A stretch of 64,000 nt of DNA from Asterias rubens. Its lineage: Eukaryota. A model generated the notes under the pieces. The model saw nothing but the letters and a program-made list of their open reading frames with translations. It ran no database searches and was not told the origin of the DNA. A program made the translations under genes and the position numbers. How positions within the stretch are numbered: position 1 is the stretch's first letter; each line of letters starts with the position of its first letter. Below are positions 52,492-63,148 of this stretch, piece after piece. Where the stretch lies: NCBI RefSeq assembly GCF_902459465.1, contig NC_047073.1:8990001-9054000 (forward strand), written 5' to 3'.

Positions 52492-55400
52492 CTGTGAGGA
52501 AAATTAATTAATAATCAAATTAAAAATACATTATTATTTAAAAAATGTCAGCTTTTGAGTAACTTTAACTGTATATACAGTGATTAGACTGAAACTAATA
52601 ATTTATTTTTAACTAAATAATAATAATAAAAAGCATTTATATAGCGCAAAAATCCACCTAAAAAAATGCTCAAGGAACTTTGCAGATTAAAAGAAGTAAG
52701 ACAAGCAGTCAATAAACAGACTGAAATATATAAAACAACTGGAAACATAAATAGGAATTAAATGAACCCCTAAAAAAAAACCATGAAACTACTTCACTGA
52801 AACTTTCCTCAGAATGAGGAAAATAAGAAGAATTGTTAACCTAACACTGTAAAACACTACAAGAATGTAGACAAGCATAAAATATTGAGTAAAAAGTGTT
52901 TAAAGAAAACGAGTAATTAAATAATTAAATAAAAGGAATTTTATTTGTTATTCAGACAGCATCAACTGCTATCCCTAAGAGCCCTGTTTACAAACAGTAA
53001 AATAGTAAAATACAGAGCAATATAAAAGAAAAAACACTGTTACAAGGTTAAATGAAAACAAACAAGATTATCATGATTTGGGATTGAATAAAGAAAAATT
53101 GACTAGAGTGGGATTTGGACCAATGACCTCTGGATAAACGTGCGTGTGTTGCAGGGAAATCTGTCTGTCGGAGAGTCTGTCCACCATGTGGGAAATTAAC
53201 AGGGGCTGGAGGTGGATAGTTGAAAAGAGGGCGCTATCAAAAGAGGTTTATGCACAGTTCGGTGGGGGGGGGGGGGGGAGACAGAATCTCCTGCCACACC
53301 GACACTCTACCAACTGAGCTATCTAGCACTACGTTGGTGGTCTCCATATCATTTCAAATTAACAAAGTCAGTTTCCCTTGTGGTTTATTATCTGAAAATG
53401 TAAAAACACATCACACAAGCAGAGCGCATACAAAATAAAACAGAAACAAAACAATGAGATCTCTACACACACCGTACATGCATGAAAGACTACATACACC
53501 ATTGTAATGCAGTTAAGCAAAATAGAGGCAACTATATAAAACACATTTAAAACAACATAGAATTAAACAGAAGCCAGCAACTGTCAAAATCACAAGATTC
53601 AGGATAACCAATACACACATAAAAATCAGGAACAAAACTTCAAAATCATTAAACTTCAATTAATGAATAGGAAAGTACATAAACAAAATCAACACAAAAA
53701 GATTGGAAAGCATGAATGTAACAAAGTTATTGGTTGGAACTAACCATCACGAAAAGAATGTGGTGATACAAAGAAACTAAAAAAATACAACAGTTTGTCA
53801 AAAAATTTAAACTTTTTAAGTCCCTGTTCTCTTTTTCTGTATTTAATTCTGAACTTAAAATACCAAGGCAAAATGACAATATCATGACATTTTTATATAA
53901 TATAAATTGAAAACGTCACACGCAAATTGAAATAAAAGTAAGGCAGCCGTTACTTACCCTTTGTGCTGAAAGACCCAGTGCTGGTCCGGCTGGTGTCACT
54001 GTCGCTGCCCCTGGGCTTGCTACCGAAGCGAGATCCGCTGACCGGCCCCGAGCCGTTCTCTCGAGTTGGGAACTGTTCCCGGAAGTTTTTCCTTCTCGCG
54101 TCCCCGTCAATTTGCCGCTGACGGTTTCTTCTCTCTGCGTTTGAGATGAAGAGAACCGTTAGAGTCAGATGTTTGAAAGGAAGGTATTTTAATACCGTGT
54201 GTAGGTGTGCAGCATGCTTGTGAACAAACTTGTCGGTCAACTTTTTGGGCGCAATGCTTTTGTAAATGCAAGCACAGGACTGTATAACCAGGGCCCAATT
54301 TCATAAAGCCTGTAAGCACAAAAACCTTGCTGAGCACAGAAGAAACCTTGCTTGCCAGTAACAGGTTACCAGCCAACATTCCACAAAGTTAAGATTGTAC
54401 TTTCTGCTGAACTGATGTACTTTCTGCTGAACAGCTCTATGAAATTGGGCCCTGTCTTGGTGATAGAAAAACTCAATGGCCAAGCAGATCAGGGCCCTAT
54501 GTCATGGCTTTGCCTATAGACAATGTGACCTCTGACGTCACTCGAAAACCATAACAAGATTCGCGCTCATACCGCCGGGCAAAACCTTTGTCTTTTGGCA
54601 GCCAGCTAGAAAGTGTGTGCAATCTTACCATGACTACGCGTCTTTTTGCCCGGTGAAACATGACCTATACAGTGTTTTGTCAACAGAGGGCCGTTTGAAT
54701 GTAAACATGGGTCACATCGTCTATAGTACACAAATAATCGGCGCTTACGGAAGTAGGGAATTTTGCACTTTTTTGCTTGTGCGCGTGCATACTCCTTGCT
54801 TAGTCATTCTTAACTTACACAGCTAGCGCACAGAAAGCACACTTATTAAAGCACACAGAGAAAGGCCAGTGTAATACAGGGACAGAGCCTTTTCAAATAT
54901 AGAGCCAAGTCTCTAAAATTCACTTCCTGAAGTCCTCAGACAAATGCACAACATCACCCTCTTCCAGCAGAAACTTAAAACACACTTGTTCATGCTTGCT
55001 TTCCCTACAATACTTTATCTCAACTTCTACTACACCGGCACCTTTGAATGGTTTACAGGAAAGTGCGCCTCACAGTGCTGTGTTATTATTAATATTATTA
55101 GACAGAAAAAGCTGGCCACAAACCATTTTCCGCAAAAGGTAAAAGAACGAACCTCGTTTGACAAGCTGCTGTCCTTCACTCATAAGATCGGTGGTCATGT
55201 CTTCATCTCCGACGAACTGCTGGAAACCAAGGAATGATAAGCAGCGACTGCCGAGATGGAAGTAGGTTGCAATGCAGAGAAGGACGACGGTGATTGGGTA
55301 GTAGATATAGAACCCAGCCTCCATGAACGGTAAGACGTCAATGTGACGTCCCATTATCTGTTAATTGTTGGACAATAATAATAATAATAGTGTCCACTGC

Positions 55401-58400
55401 CTTTAATTATTGTAAATTGTTGTAAATCATGTGCAATTTGGCCTGTTGGCCACGAAATGTGATTCCAATAAAATGAAATGAAATGAAAGGATAGTAACAG
55501 CAATCAAAGATTCATTCACAGGTTTAACTCTCAGTATCATTCACAAGCGAGTTGAGAACCATTAAACTGTGCGTCGCTTGCAATCAGTCCGAAATGCTGT
55601 TGCAAGATTAGAATCTTACAACAGGTAAAAAACTGTCCTCTCATATCACTCTCATCCAACACAATCTACACATTAGTTTCAGCATTCGGAACAAGATCAA
55701 CCTCCCGACTTTCGAAGCACTTCATGGTTCAGTCTCTCCCTACCTTCAAACGTGCTTTTGAATCGGGCAGCATGCTGCTTGTTCCTGGACTTGCCATGAC
55801 ACTTATGGCAATAGGGCCTTTTCTGACATTTGATGTGCATGAAACTTCAAGCAACTTTTGCCAACGTGTGAAAATGTTGGCTTTAAAAAAGAAATACGCT
55901 AAATTTTTTCCCTGGTAATTAAAAAAGAAAAATGCAAATTGATGGGTACGGGATAAGGCGCAAACATAGGGTGCGTTCGTTTAGCTTCCCTGGGTCGACC
56001 CCGGTCTGCCCCGGTACGTTCGAATAGCTTTGACGGGGCTCACCCAGGTCAGCCCCCAGTGCCCTGCTTGTGGAGTGGGTCACTTGGGGGTGACCTGAGG
56101 TTCATGCCGTCACCGCGAGAGGGCGAGTGTGATCGTTCGATTAGCTCTTGTCAGGGGCTCACCCGAGTGAGAACTGCGGGGTCGATCCAGGGAAGCTTAT
56201 CGAACGCACCCATAGTGTCACCCCTGGAATGATTTATTTGAATGAACTCCAGAATGAAAAGATGCAGTTTGACTTACCGATGTGTAAGACGTCTCAATCA
56301 TGTCTTGTTTGCCGGTTACGTGACCATCGAGATGGATCAGCCCCAAGAAGTTCAGGCAGAGTGATGGGGTCAGACGGCACAACATCCTGGGAAAAAGAAA
56401 ATAAAGAGATTGCGATATTAAGTTTGAACATTTTGGACTCTCCAATTTTAGAAGTTGACCAACCGTTTTACAACCATTCAGTTGCACATGTTGTGATGGT
56501 GGCACAACTGTGCAGAAAACAATCAACTTTTAAAGGAACACGTTGCCTTGGATTGGTCAAGTTGGTCTTTGAAAAGCGTTTGTAACCATTTGTTATAAAA
56601 TGCATATGGGTAGAAAGATATTGTAAAAGTAGAATACAATGATCAACACAAACATGCCTCGAAATTGCACGGTTTTCCTTTTACCTCGTCGACTAACACG
56701 GTCGGCCATTTATGGGAGGATAAATGGCCGACCGTGTTAGTATAAGGAAAACCACGCAATTTCGAGGCAAATTTGTGTGGATCATTGCATTCTACTTTAA
56801 AAACATCTTTCCAACCATATGCATTTAAATATAACAAACGGTTACAAACGCTTTTCAAAGACCAACTCGACCGATCCAAGGCAACGTGTTCCTTTAACTA
56901 TACATGATATCATATTGCAGGCTGGCATAACTTATCTTTCGTTCAAAACCACAGTGGATGATAGTAAATGGTCAGACAGTAGGAGGGTTAACTGTATGCT
57001 ATGTAGATGCATTTATCAAATGCTATCGTGACGCAAGTACAAGTTGAAGTTGATCAATGATAATGAAGAATCAAAAAATTCTGAGTTCAAATAAAAATCT
57101 TAAATTTCTCAGCCCTGATTTATAGCATGGGACATGCAGCACGTCCGTCATTATGCCTGTCGCAAGTTGAAGTTGATCAGTGATAATGATGACAATGAAA
57201 GATCTAAATTCAAATAAAATTCCTTTATTTCTCATCCCTGACTTATACTTACATGCCACAGAAGAGGAGACTGTTCTCATCCGTCTGATGATGAGGAGCC
57301 AAGTAGTAATAGTTGAACACACGCACCTTGAAGACGGTGTAGTAAGAACACCAGCAGAGGTACGCAATGATGATGCACGACAAGATCTGATGGGCAGAGA
57401 GATTCAAGATTAATTTAATTTTGTTTCGTCTCCAAACGATGACTAGAGCAAGCTAGTCGAAACATAGAGACAAATTAAAAACTTACTCTGTGACAGTGAA
57501 GTTAATAACGCAAATTCCCCTTAAACCACTAAAGCTAGTAGTCCCGGCCAATTTTTTACCTTCCGCCCAGGTAGTAGTTAAAATGCAGGACAGTTCTTTT
57601 CAGAACTGAAAGGTCACAATGTGAAATTTTATAAAATTTGAAAATTTGAAAAATATGTTTCCATAGCCTTGGAAAGGTCACATTGTGAAATGATCACCGT
57701 GTGAACACAGTGTGATCTCAGTGTATTTTCTGTGTGAACCAACCATGTTTAAATCACACATCATTCACACGGTTTTCATAGTCTTGTAGTGGTCACAATG
57801 TGAAATGGTCACCAATTATCACACTGTGACCATTTTACATTGTGACCACTACCACACTATGAAAACTGTGTGAATGGTGTGTGATTTGAACATAGTTGGT
57901 CCACACAGGAAACACACTAAGATCACACTGTGTTCACACAGTGACCATTTCACATCGGCTAGGGACCGAATATACAAACCACTCAGAATAACTCAAACAT
58001 TACAAAATCTCACTTGTTCGCTTTGTCTCATAAAATCATTCTTATCAATCACCACCAGATTTGATTTTCTGGTGCGAGGAGCGTCATTTGGTGCTATATA
58101 AACGTACTTTGTCTAATAATCTCTAATAATACAAACCTCAATACAGAGATAATTGTAGTCATTGACAGCGGCGTTGATGACGATAGCAAAGAGTGAGAGC
58201 TCCGGGTCGATGCTGAAGAATGTGACCTCAGACCAAACGACGACCAATGAGAACATTAACAGGAGGATTGAGATAACCTTCAACATCGTTGGCATCAACC
58301 AGACGTACCAATACCACTCCACTGATGGGGAGCACACGTAGCTAGCCACAAAGGAATAGTTGGGGTCGAACGAATGCTTGAATTGTCTGGAGAGAGACAG

Positions 58401-61400
58401 AGGTTGAAATTTTGAAAGTTATTATGACTTTTTGGAACCCTTTGAATAATAATAATAATTGTGGCTTCTTATATAGCGCACATGTCCGTCACTCAGTGAC
58501 GCTCCTGGCGCTGTAACATACAGTATTTCCTGCAAGATGTGGGACTACGTTTTTGAATTATGAGACCTAATTCTGATAGCACAATGTAATGTTTTACAAG
58601 GTGCTGTGGCGCAATGTTCCAGTCCCATTAATGTTCCAGTCCCATTAATGTTGATATAATGTACAATCAAACTAACCCATGAAAATTTTATTTCAAAAGA
58701 TGGTCGGGTTTTTGAGATATTACCGTAATTTCAGAGTGAATATGTTCACATAGGAAGAATATTCCCTTGTAGGAATCTGATAATCTTAGAAGCAATACAA
58801 GTAAGGTTTGCCTTATAGGAATCTGATAATCTTAGAAGCAATACAAGTAAGGTTTGCCTTATAGGAATCTGATAATCTTAGAAGCAATACAAGTAAGGTT
58901 TGACTTATAGGAATCTGATAATCTTAGAAGCAGTACAAGTAAGGTTTGCCTTATAGGAATCTGATAATCTTAGAAGCAATACAAGTAAGGTTTGCCTTAT
59001 AGGAATCTGATAATCTTAGAAGCAATACAAGTAAGGTTTGCTCAAAGGAGCTGAGGCACAGACAAAATAAATAAGGCATTGTGGTAGGCCTCCTCAAAGA
59101 AATGACCTTTAATAAAGTGCTTTTACAGAAATGTGTATTAAAATACAAACTGAGTCTAGGCACTGTGCAAACTCGGTGGTCTAGCAAAGCAAAGGTGGTG
59201 GGTTTAAAACCCATCTGAGTGACTTGCCTTTCGTTTTCACAGAACTCAGGAAAACCACCGAGAATAAAGTGCTTAAACCACATCGCTGTAAGGGTAGAAA
59301 CAATTTATATAAACTCTGCATGTTTCCCAGTCCTCTCGTCTCACCTTGTAAGGTTTGCTTCATTCTTCTGCACATCTTCAAGATGGAGTGCTTTCTTCAT
59401 CAAGACGTCCCACTGAGCGTCCGTCCTCTTCTTGGCCTGAGAGGCAAAGATCAGCTTCCTGTGGAGGCGGACTAACTCCTTCTCAGACGGTATCTGTGGA
59501 TGAGATAATACTACTCACTAGTTTATATGAAAAGGTGAAAAAATATAAAAGACTTTATAAAATAACATACCCTTTGGACCATCATTATTGTTTGTTGTTT
59601 CAGGAAAAAGACTTCACAGCCTGCATTGTAGGACGTTATTTTTTTGGTAAAGAAAAAAATAGCCACTGAAAGAATGTTGCAAGTGGTAAGGCCCCTCCAA
59701 AAAAGTTTTGTTTCCAGTTACCTGACTGACCCTAAATTTACGTCGCGACCCTAAACTTTGACATTATTCAGCTTGAAACAAATATGCTGCTGCCTGTTTC
59801 TCTCTCCAGTCTTTGAATAAATGATCGGCCTGAAAAAGTTGAAATTGGTTTCTTTTAAATCGGAAATCTAGGTAATTCTGGAAAAGTGGCATTTCTGAGT
59901 GAGTGGCTTTGGCCAATGGCTGTAGCCTCATTTTTGTCCTTCCAGCCAAGAGTCAGGCACAGAGCCCAGTCATACCTGAGGCCTGTTATCCGAGTAGTCT
60001 TTAAAATCGTCAAGATGTTTAGACAGCGACTCTTGAAAGTTATCAGGACACTTGCTGATGATGGTGTTAACGTGTCGACGGACAGGGTTGTTATATCGGA
60101 CAGCGTCGGATGCCCTACGAATATCCTGTCAACAGAAAAATCAACAATGAGAGTCACTGCTGACAAAAAACCTGAAACTGGGATCCAGATCTTAAGAGGT
60201 ACATTGAAATGATGGCATGTCCACCTTTTGATTTCACCTGGGGCCAATTTCAAAGAGCTGCTTAAGCAAAAAAATTGCTATAGCACGAAAATAGCTTGCT
60301 TATTTTACACATGTTACTGGCAAAAATTTCATGCCATATACGTTGCTTATGACTGGTATTTAGCTGTTGTTTACTTAGCATAACAATTGAGTGGAGTCTT
60401 AGCCGGTAATCTGATTTTACTAAGCAAGTTTTTTTTGGGTTAAGCAAAATTTTTTGCTTAAGCAGCTCTATGAAATTGGGCCCTGGAGTAAAAGATTCAA
60501 AGGAGCACCTGGCGATCATCACACTTGTCAATCTCTTAGTTCTGAGGGTGCTGGTCAGAAGATGTACAACCTAATACTGCCAGATAAGCCAGGGATCAAA
60601 TGTTTTCAACTTGAAAGTTCATTATCTTCTCCTAGTGAGTAGCTTCAATAAATCAAATCAAATTTAAGACTTTGTTTTACCTCCAGAAGATCTTCCAATT
60701 CTTCGGTGGCCTCGGATCTCTCCAGACTGAGCTTCGCAATCTGGAAGTAGGTGAAGTTTAAGAGGTAGCCCTTCCTGGACTGGGCCCAGAAGTGGCGTGG
60801 GACCTCCACCAGGCCGTAGCCTAAGAGTAACACCAAGAGAAAGAGACCCCATGTGTTGCTCGCTGTGATGCCTATCACTTGGAGTTTGGACCTGTGCGGA
60901 AAGACAGCATGGTGATCGTCAACTTGTTGCTTTGATTAAAGGCACTGGACACTATTGGTAATTACTTATTACTAAAAACTTACTTGGTAACGAGCAATGG
61001 AGAGCTGTTAAAACAGTGTGAAAAATGGCTTCCTCTGAAGTAAGTTTTTGAGAAAGAGGTAATTTCTCACTCAAATATTGAAAAGACAAGGCCATAAGGC
61101 AACTGAAAGCACACACATTATGCAACAAGTGTGTTTTTCCTTTTATTATTCTCTTGCAAGTTCAGTGAGGACCAATATGAGTCAAAATTTTGCACAGATT
61201 TGTTATTTTATGCGTATGTTGAGATACAATAAGTGAGAACACTGGTCTTTGACAATTACCAAACGTGTCTAGTGCCTTTAAGAATACACAAGAGAGCCTT
61301 CTCACCGACATCAAATTTCTACAGTTATGCAAGGAGATCTACAATGCTGGAGTACTAACTAGCATTTAGAATATATGCATGTAGTGCTACCCAGAGTTGG

Positions 61401-63148
61401 GTTTTGTAGCACATTATGCACTAGCAATGAGTGTACCTGACAGCATGTAAGTACTCCAGCGTAGCGAACAATAAATCAGTGACATCATCTCATTTCAAGC
61501 TGCTTTCTCAACCGACCGAATCATAAGATTAGCCTTGATTGCGTTACATATTTGGGGGCACAGGCTGGAGCTGAGATGGTTTAAGGAATGATTTAAGGCC
61601 CAGTGACCAGGGGTAATAGTTTTGAAGCACCATGACGTCACTGCGTGACGGACCTGAGCGCTATATAAGAAGCCATTATTATTATTATTGAATTTCTCAC
61701 AAAGCACTACTAAGATAGTTTCCTTACCCGTCTAACTGCAGATTTGGATTAGCAGCCACATAGATGAGTAGCACTCCGAATATGAGCAGGTAGCTCCCGT
61801 ACCAAATGGCATTCTCTATGAACGCTGATTTGAGTTTACCGCTGATGGTGAAGTCACCGGCGTTTGCGTAGGATTTCATGAGAGGCATGATGATCCTGAA
61901 AATTGAAACAATTGGGTTAGAATTGCTGGAAAATCACACATTATGTTTAGTGGTTTACATCTATGGCATGCTGTGACTGAGCGGTAAACTGCACTGGACT
62001 AATTAAGCCAGACCTGATACTTCACAGAGGTACCGAAGGCGATTGCCTCCATGCCCCCTGGTCATTGCCTTGGTGCCCTTGAAATGCTCCAGTAGGAATT
62101 TACAATTTTCTCATAGGGTGCCATACCAAGAAGAAAATGCCTTGGTGCCCTTGCTCTTTTTCAAAAATGAAGCACAGGCATGTCAAGCCCTGGTGTTTCT
62201 GATCAGCAGAGTGTGGGTTCGAGACCCAGTCTTGACATTTGTGTCCTTTTAAAAGAAAAACGCTTCAGCATTATTGCCTTGTCCTTTGGATGGGACGTAA
62301 AGTCGTTAAATCCCATGCGTTGTGTAAAGCATGTAAAAGAACTCAGATACAATTGGCGCTAAGAGAGGGGCTTTGCCCTGGGCCCAATTTCTTAAAGCTG
62401 TTAAGGAACAAATACTGCTTGACAAATTTCTTTGCTAAGCAGGCAAACATTGAGTTGGGCACCATTCACCAGCAAAGAGAGGGGGGCATTTACCCTGGGC
62501 CCAATTTCATGAAGCTGTTTAGCAGGAAATACTGCTTGACAAATTTCTTTACTAAGCAGGCAAACATTGAGTTGGGCACCATTCACCAGCTAAGAGAGGG
62601 GGGCATTTACCCTGGGCCCAATTTCATGAAGCTGTTTAGCAGGAAATACTGCTTGACAAATTTCTTTGCTAAGCAGGCAATTATTGAGTTGGGCACCAGT
62701 CACAACAATATAAACTTAATGTAATTATGGCTGGTAACCTGTAACTGTTAGGCAATAATGTTCTGTGCTTGGCAAGCTGATGTGCTTACTTACAGGCTTC
62801 ATGAAATTGGGCCCAAGCATTTCTGGCAGTGACTGTCAAACGCTGTGGGCATTTAATGCCCCAATGTGACTGAAATTGCAATAAGAATTCCACAAAATCT
62901 CACCACGTCAGGAGGAATGTTGTCCAATACACGATCAGCCAAATATCCGGTAGGATGTCCTCTGGAATGTAACTCCACGGCTTCTCGCAGACTTTGATCG
63001 TCGCGTCTCTAGCAACTCGCGAGGGGGAAGAGGAGCCGTTAGTTGTGGAGGTATTAAGGATCTTTGTGGTGACTGAATCCAATAATGACAATTCTTGTGT
63101 GGTGGCCATTTTATGCATACTTTCTTCCACGCATTGTTTGTAAAACGT
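52253..63148 (-). CDS. LMBRD2: LMBR1 domain-containing protein 2; 11 exons in window, N-terminal exon beyond right edge
   Basis: join(62904-63148, 61728-61895, 60681-60891, 59976-60125, 59345-59493, 58137-58386, 57253-57386, 56278-56386, 55153-55357, 53958-54134, 52253-52491); all GT-AG with matching phases. Recognisable motifs: [118 protein letters not shown]-terminal GIFDDV*. Confidence 0.96.
53100..53345 (-). mobile_element. tRNA-derived SINE interrupted by a TIR element (53144-53299)
   Basis: Minus strand A-box TAGCTCAGTTGGTAGAG and B-box-like GGTCCAAATCCC separated by an insert with TIR GTGTGTTGCAGGGAAATCTGTC / GACAGAATCTCCTGCCACAC. Confidence 0.75.
53958..54134 (-). CDS. LMBRD2: LMBRD2 exon (ERRNRQRQ...FSTK)
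   Basis: aaacgcag acceptor, GTAAGT donor, 177 bp. Confidence 0.88.
54289..54454. mobile_element. Family C MITE, complete
   Basis: CAGGGCCCAATTTCATA...TATGAAATTGGGCCCTG. Confidence 0.88.
54514..54726. mobile_element. TIR MITE
   Basis: CTATAGACAATGTGACC / GGTCACATCGTCTATAG. Confidence 0.75.
54878..55100 (+). mobile_element. L2-clade LINE 3' fragment (ORF2 C-terminus + tail)
   Basis: Encodes [41 protein letters not shown], matching the GDRAFS..P.LWNSLP...FK..LKTHLF pattern of L2 ORF2 ends; followed by an (ATT)-rich tail. Confidence 0.8.
55153..55357 (-). CDS. LMBRD2: LMBRD2 exon (IMGRHIDV...QLVKR)
   Basis: attaacag acceptor, weak GTTCGT donor, 205 bp, phase 1 fits the next exon. Confidence 0.9.
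55969..56211. mobile_element. Harbinger-like MITE
   Basis: TIR GGGTGCGTTCG.TTAGCTTCCCTGG.TCGACCCC and its complement; ATA 3-bp duplication on both sides. Confidence 0.85.
56278..56386 (-). CDS. LMBRD2: LMBRD2 exon (MLCRLTP...TSYTS)
   Basis: tttttcccag acceptor, GTAAGT donor, 109 bp. Confidence 0.93.
56530..56897. mobile_element. Palindromic foldback MITE (family B), complete
   Basis: TTAAAGGAACACGTTGCC...GGCAACGTGTTCCTTTAA; long inverted arms. Confidence 0.9.
57253..57386 (-). CDS. LMBRD2: LMBRD2 exon (ILSCII...LLFCGM)
   Basis: cccatcag acceptor, GTAAGT donor, 134 bp. Confidence 0.93.
57428..57471 (+). ncRNA. Degenerate minimal type-I hammerhead ribozyme motif at the start of a short repeat
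   Basis: GTCTC-CAAACGA-T-GACTAG-AGCAAG-CTAGTC-GAAA-CA-TA-GAGAC: stems I and II pair perfectly; core CUGANGA has two substitutions. Confidence 0.6.
57681..57952. mobile_element. Foldback element
   Basis: Arms TGTGAAATGATCACCGTGTGAACACAGTGTGATCT... / ...AGATCACACTGTGTTCACACAGTGACCATTTCACA, inverted over ~130 bp. Confidence 0.8.
58137..58386 (-). CDS. LMBRD2: LMBRD2 exon (QFKHSF...YLCIE)
   Basis: ctctctccag acceptor, GTTTGT donor, 250 bp. Confidence 0.92.
58445..58610 (-). mobile_element. SINE/LINE 3' end with GCGCTATATAAGAAGCC(ATT)n tail
   Basis: Same tail as 61630-61690 on the opposite strand. Confidence 0.65.
58771..59040 (+). repeat. 46-bp minisatellite, ~5.9 near-identical copies, intronic
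   Basis: Unit AGGAATCTGATAATCTTAGAAGCAATACAAGTAAGGTTTGCCTTAT starting 58771, 58817, 58863, 58909, 58955, 59001. Confidence 0.97.
59345..59493 (-). CDS. LMBRD2: LMBRD2 exon ([11 protein letters not shown]...NLTR)
   Basis: catccacag acceptor, GTGAGA donor, 149 bp. Confidence 0.92.
59976..60125 (-). CDS. LMBRD2: LMBRD2 exon (DIRRASD...DNRPQ)
   Basis: gttgacag acceptor, GTATGA donor, 150 bp; [18 protein letters not shown]. Confidence 0.9.
60238..60485. mobile_element. Family C MITE, complete
   Basis: GGGCCAATTTCAAAGAGCTGCTTAAGC...GCTTAAGCAGCTCTATGAAATTGGGCCC. Confidence 0.85.
60681..60891 (-). CDS. LMBRD2: LMBRD2 exon (SKLQVIG...EDLLE)
   Basis: ccgcacag acceptor, GTAAAA donor, 211 bp. Confidence 0.93.
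60936..61281. mobile_element. Family A MITE in an LMBRD2 intron
   Basis: TTAAAGGCACTGGACACTATTGGTAATT...AATTACCAAACGTGTCTAGTGCCTTTAA; lies ~43 bp from the 60891 acceptor. Confidence 0.85.
61495..61690 (+). mobile_element. SINE/LINE 3' part with (ATT)n tail
   Basis: ...GAGCGCTATATAAGAAGCCATTATTATTATTATT. Confidence 0.65.
61728..61895 (-). CDS. LMBRD2: LMBRD2 exon (IIMPLMKSY...LQLDG)
   Basis: ttttcag acceptor, GTAAGG donor, 168 bp. Confidence 0.93.
62200..62379 (+). mobile_element. tRNA-derived SINE body, interrupted by a family C MITE
   Basis: B-box GGGTTCGAGACCC at 62215-62227 followed by a body ending AAGAGAGGGGCTTTGCCCT. Confidence 0.6.
62380..62814. repeat. Family C MITE with 117-bp tandem triplication of its left end
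   Basis: GGGCCCAATTTC at 62380, 62497, 62614; single right end GAAATTGGGCCC ending 62814. Confidence 0.9.
62904..63148 (-). CDS. LMBRD2: LMBRD2 exon (TFYKQC...WTTFLLTW)
   Basis: cccttcacag acceptor, GTGAGA donor, 245 bp, phase 0 to 2. Confidence 0.93.

Noticed and set aside
56148-56585. 145-aa plus ORF
   Set aside because: Antisense to an LMBRD2 exon and starts inside a MITE.
58771-59040. Regular direct repeats superficially like a CRISPR array
   Set aside because: Units are contiguous with no unique spacers, in a eukaryotic intron, and no cas genes are present.
59855-60253. 132-aa minus and 108-aa plus ORFs
   Set aside because: Off-frame and antisense readings over the real LMBRD2 exon 59976-60125.
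62239-62724. 161-aa ORF with internal repeats
   Set aside because: Produced by the 117-bp SINE/MITE triplication; intronic and antisense to LMBRD2.
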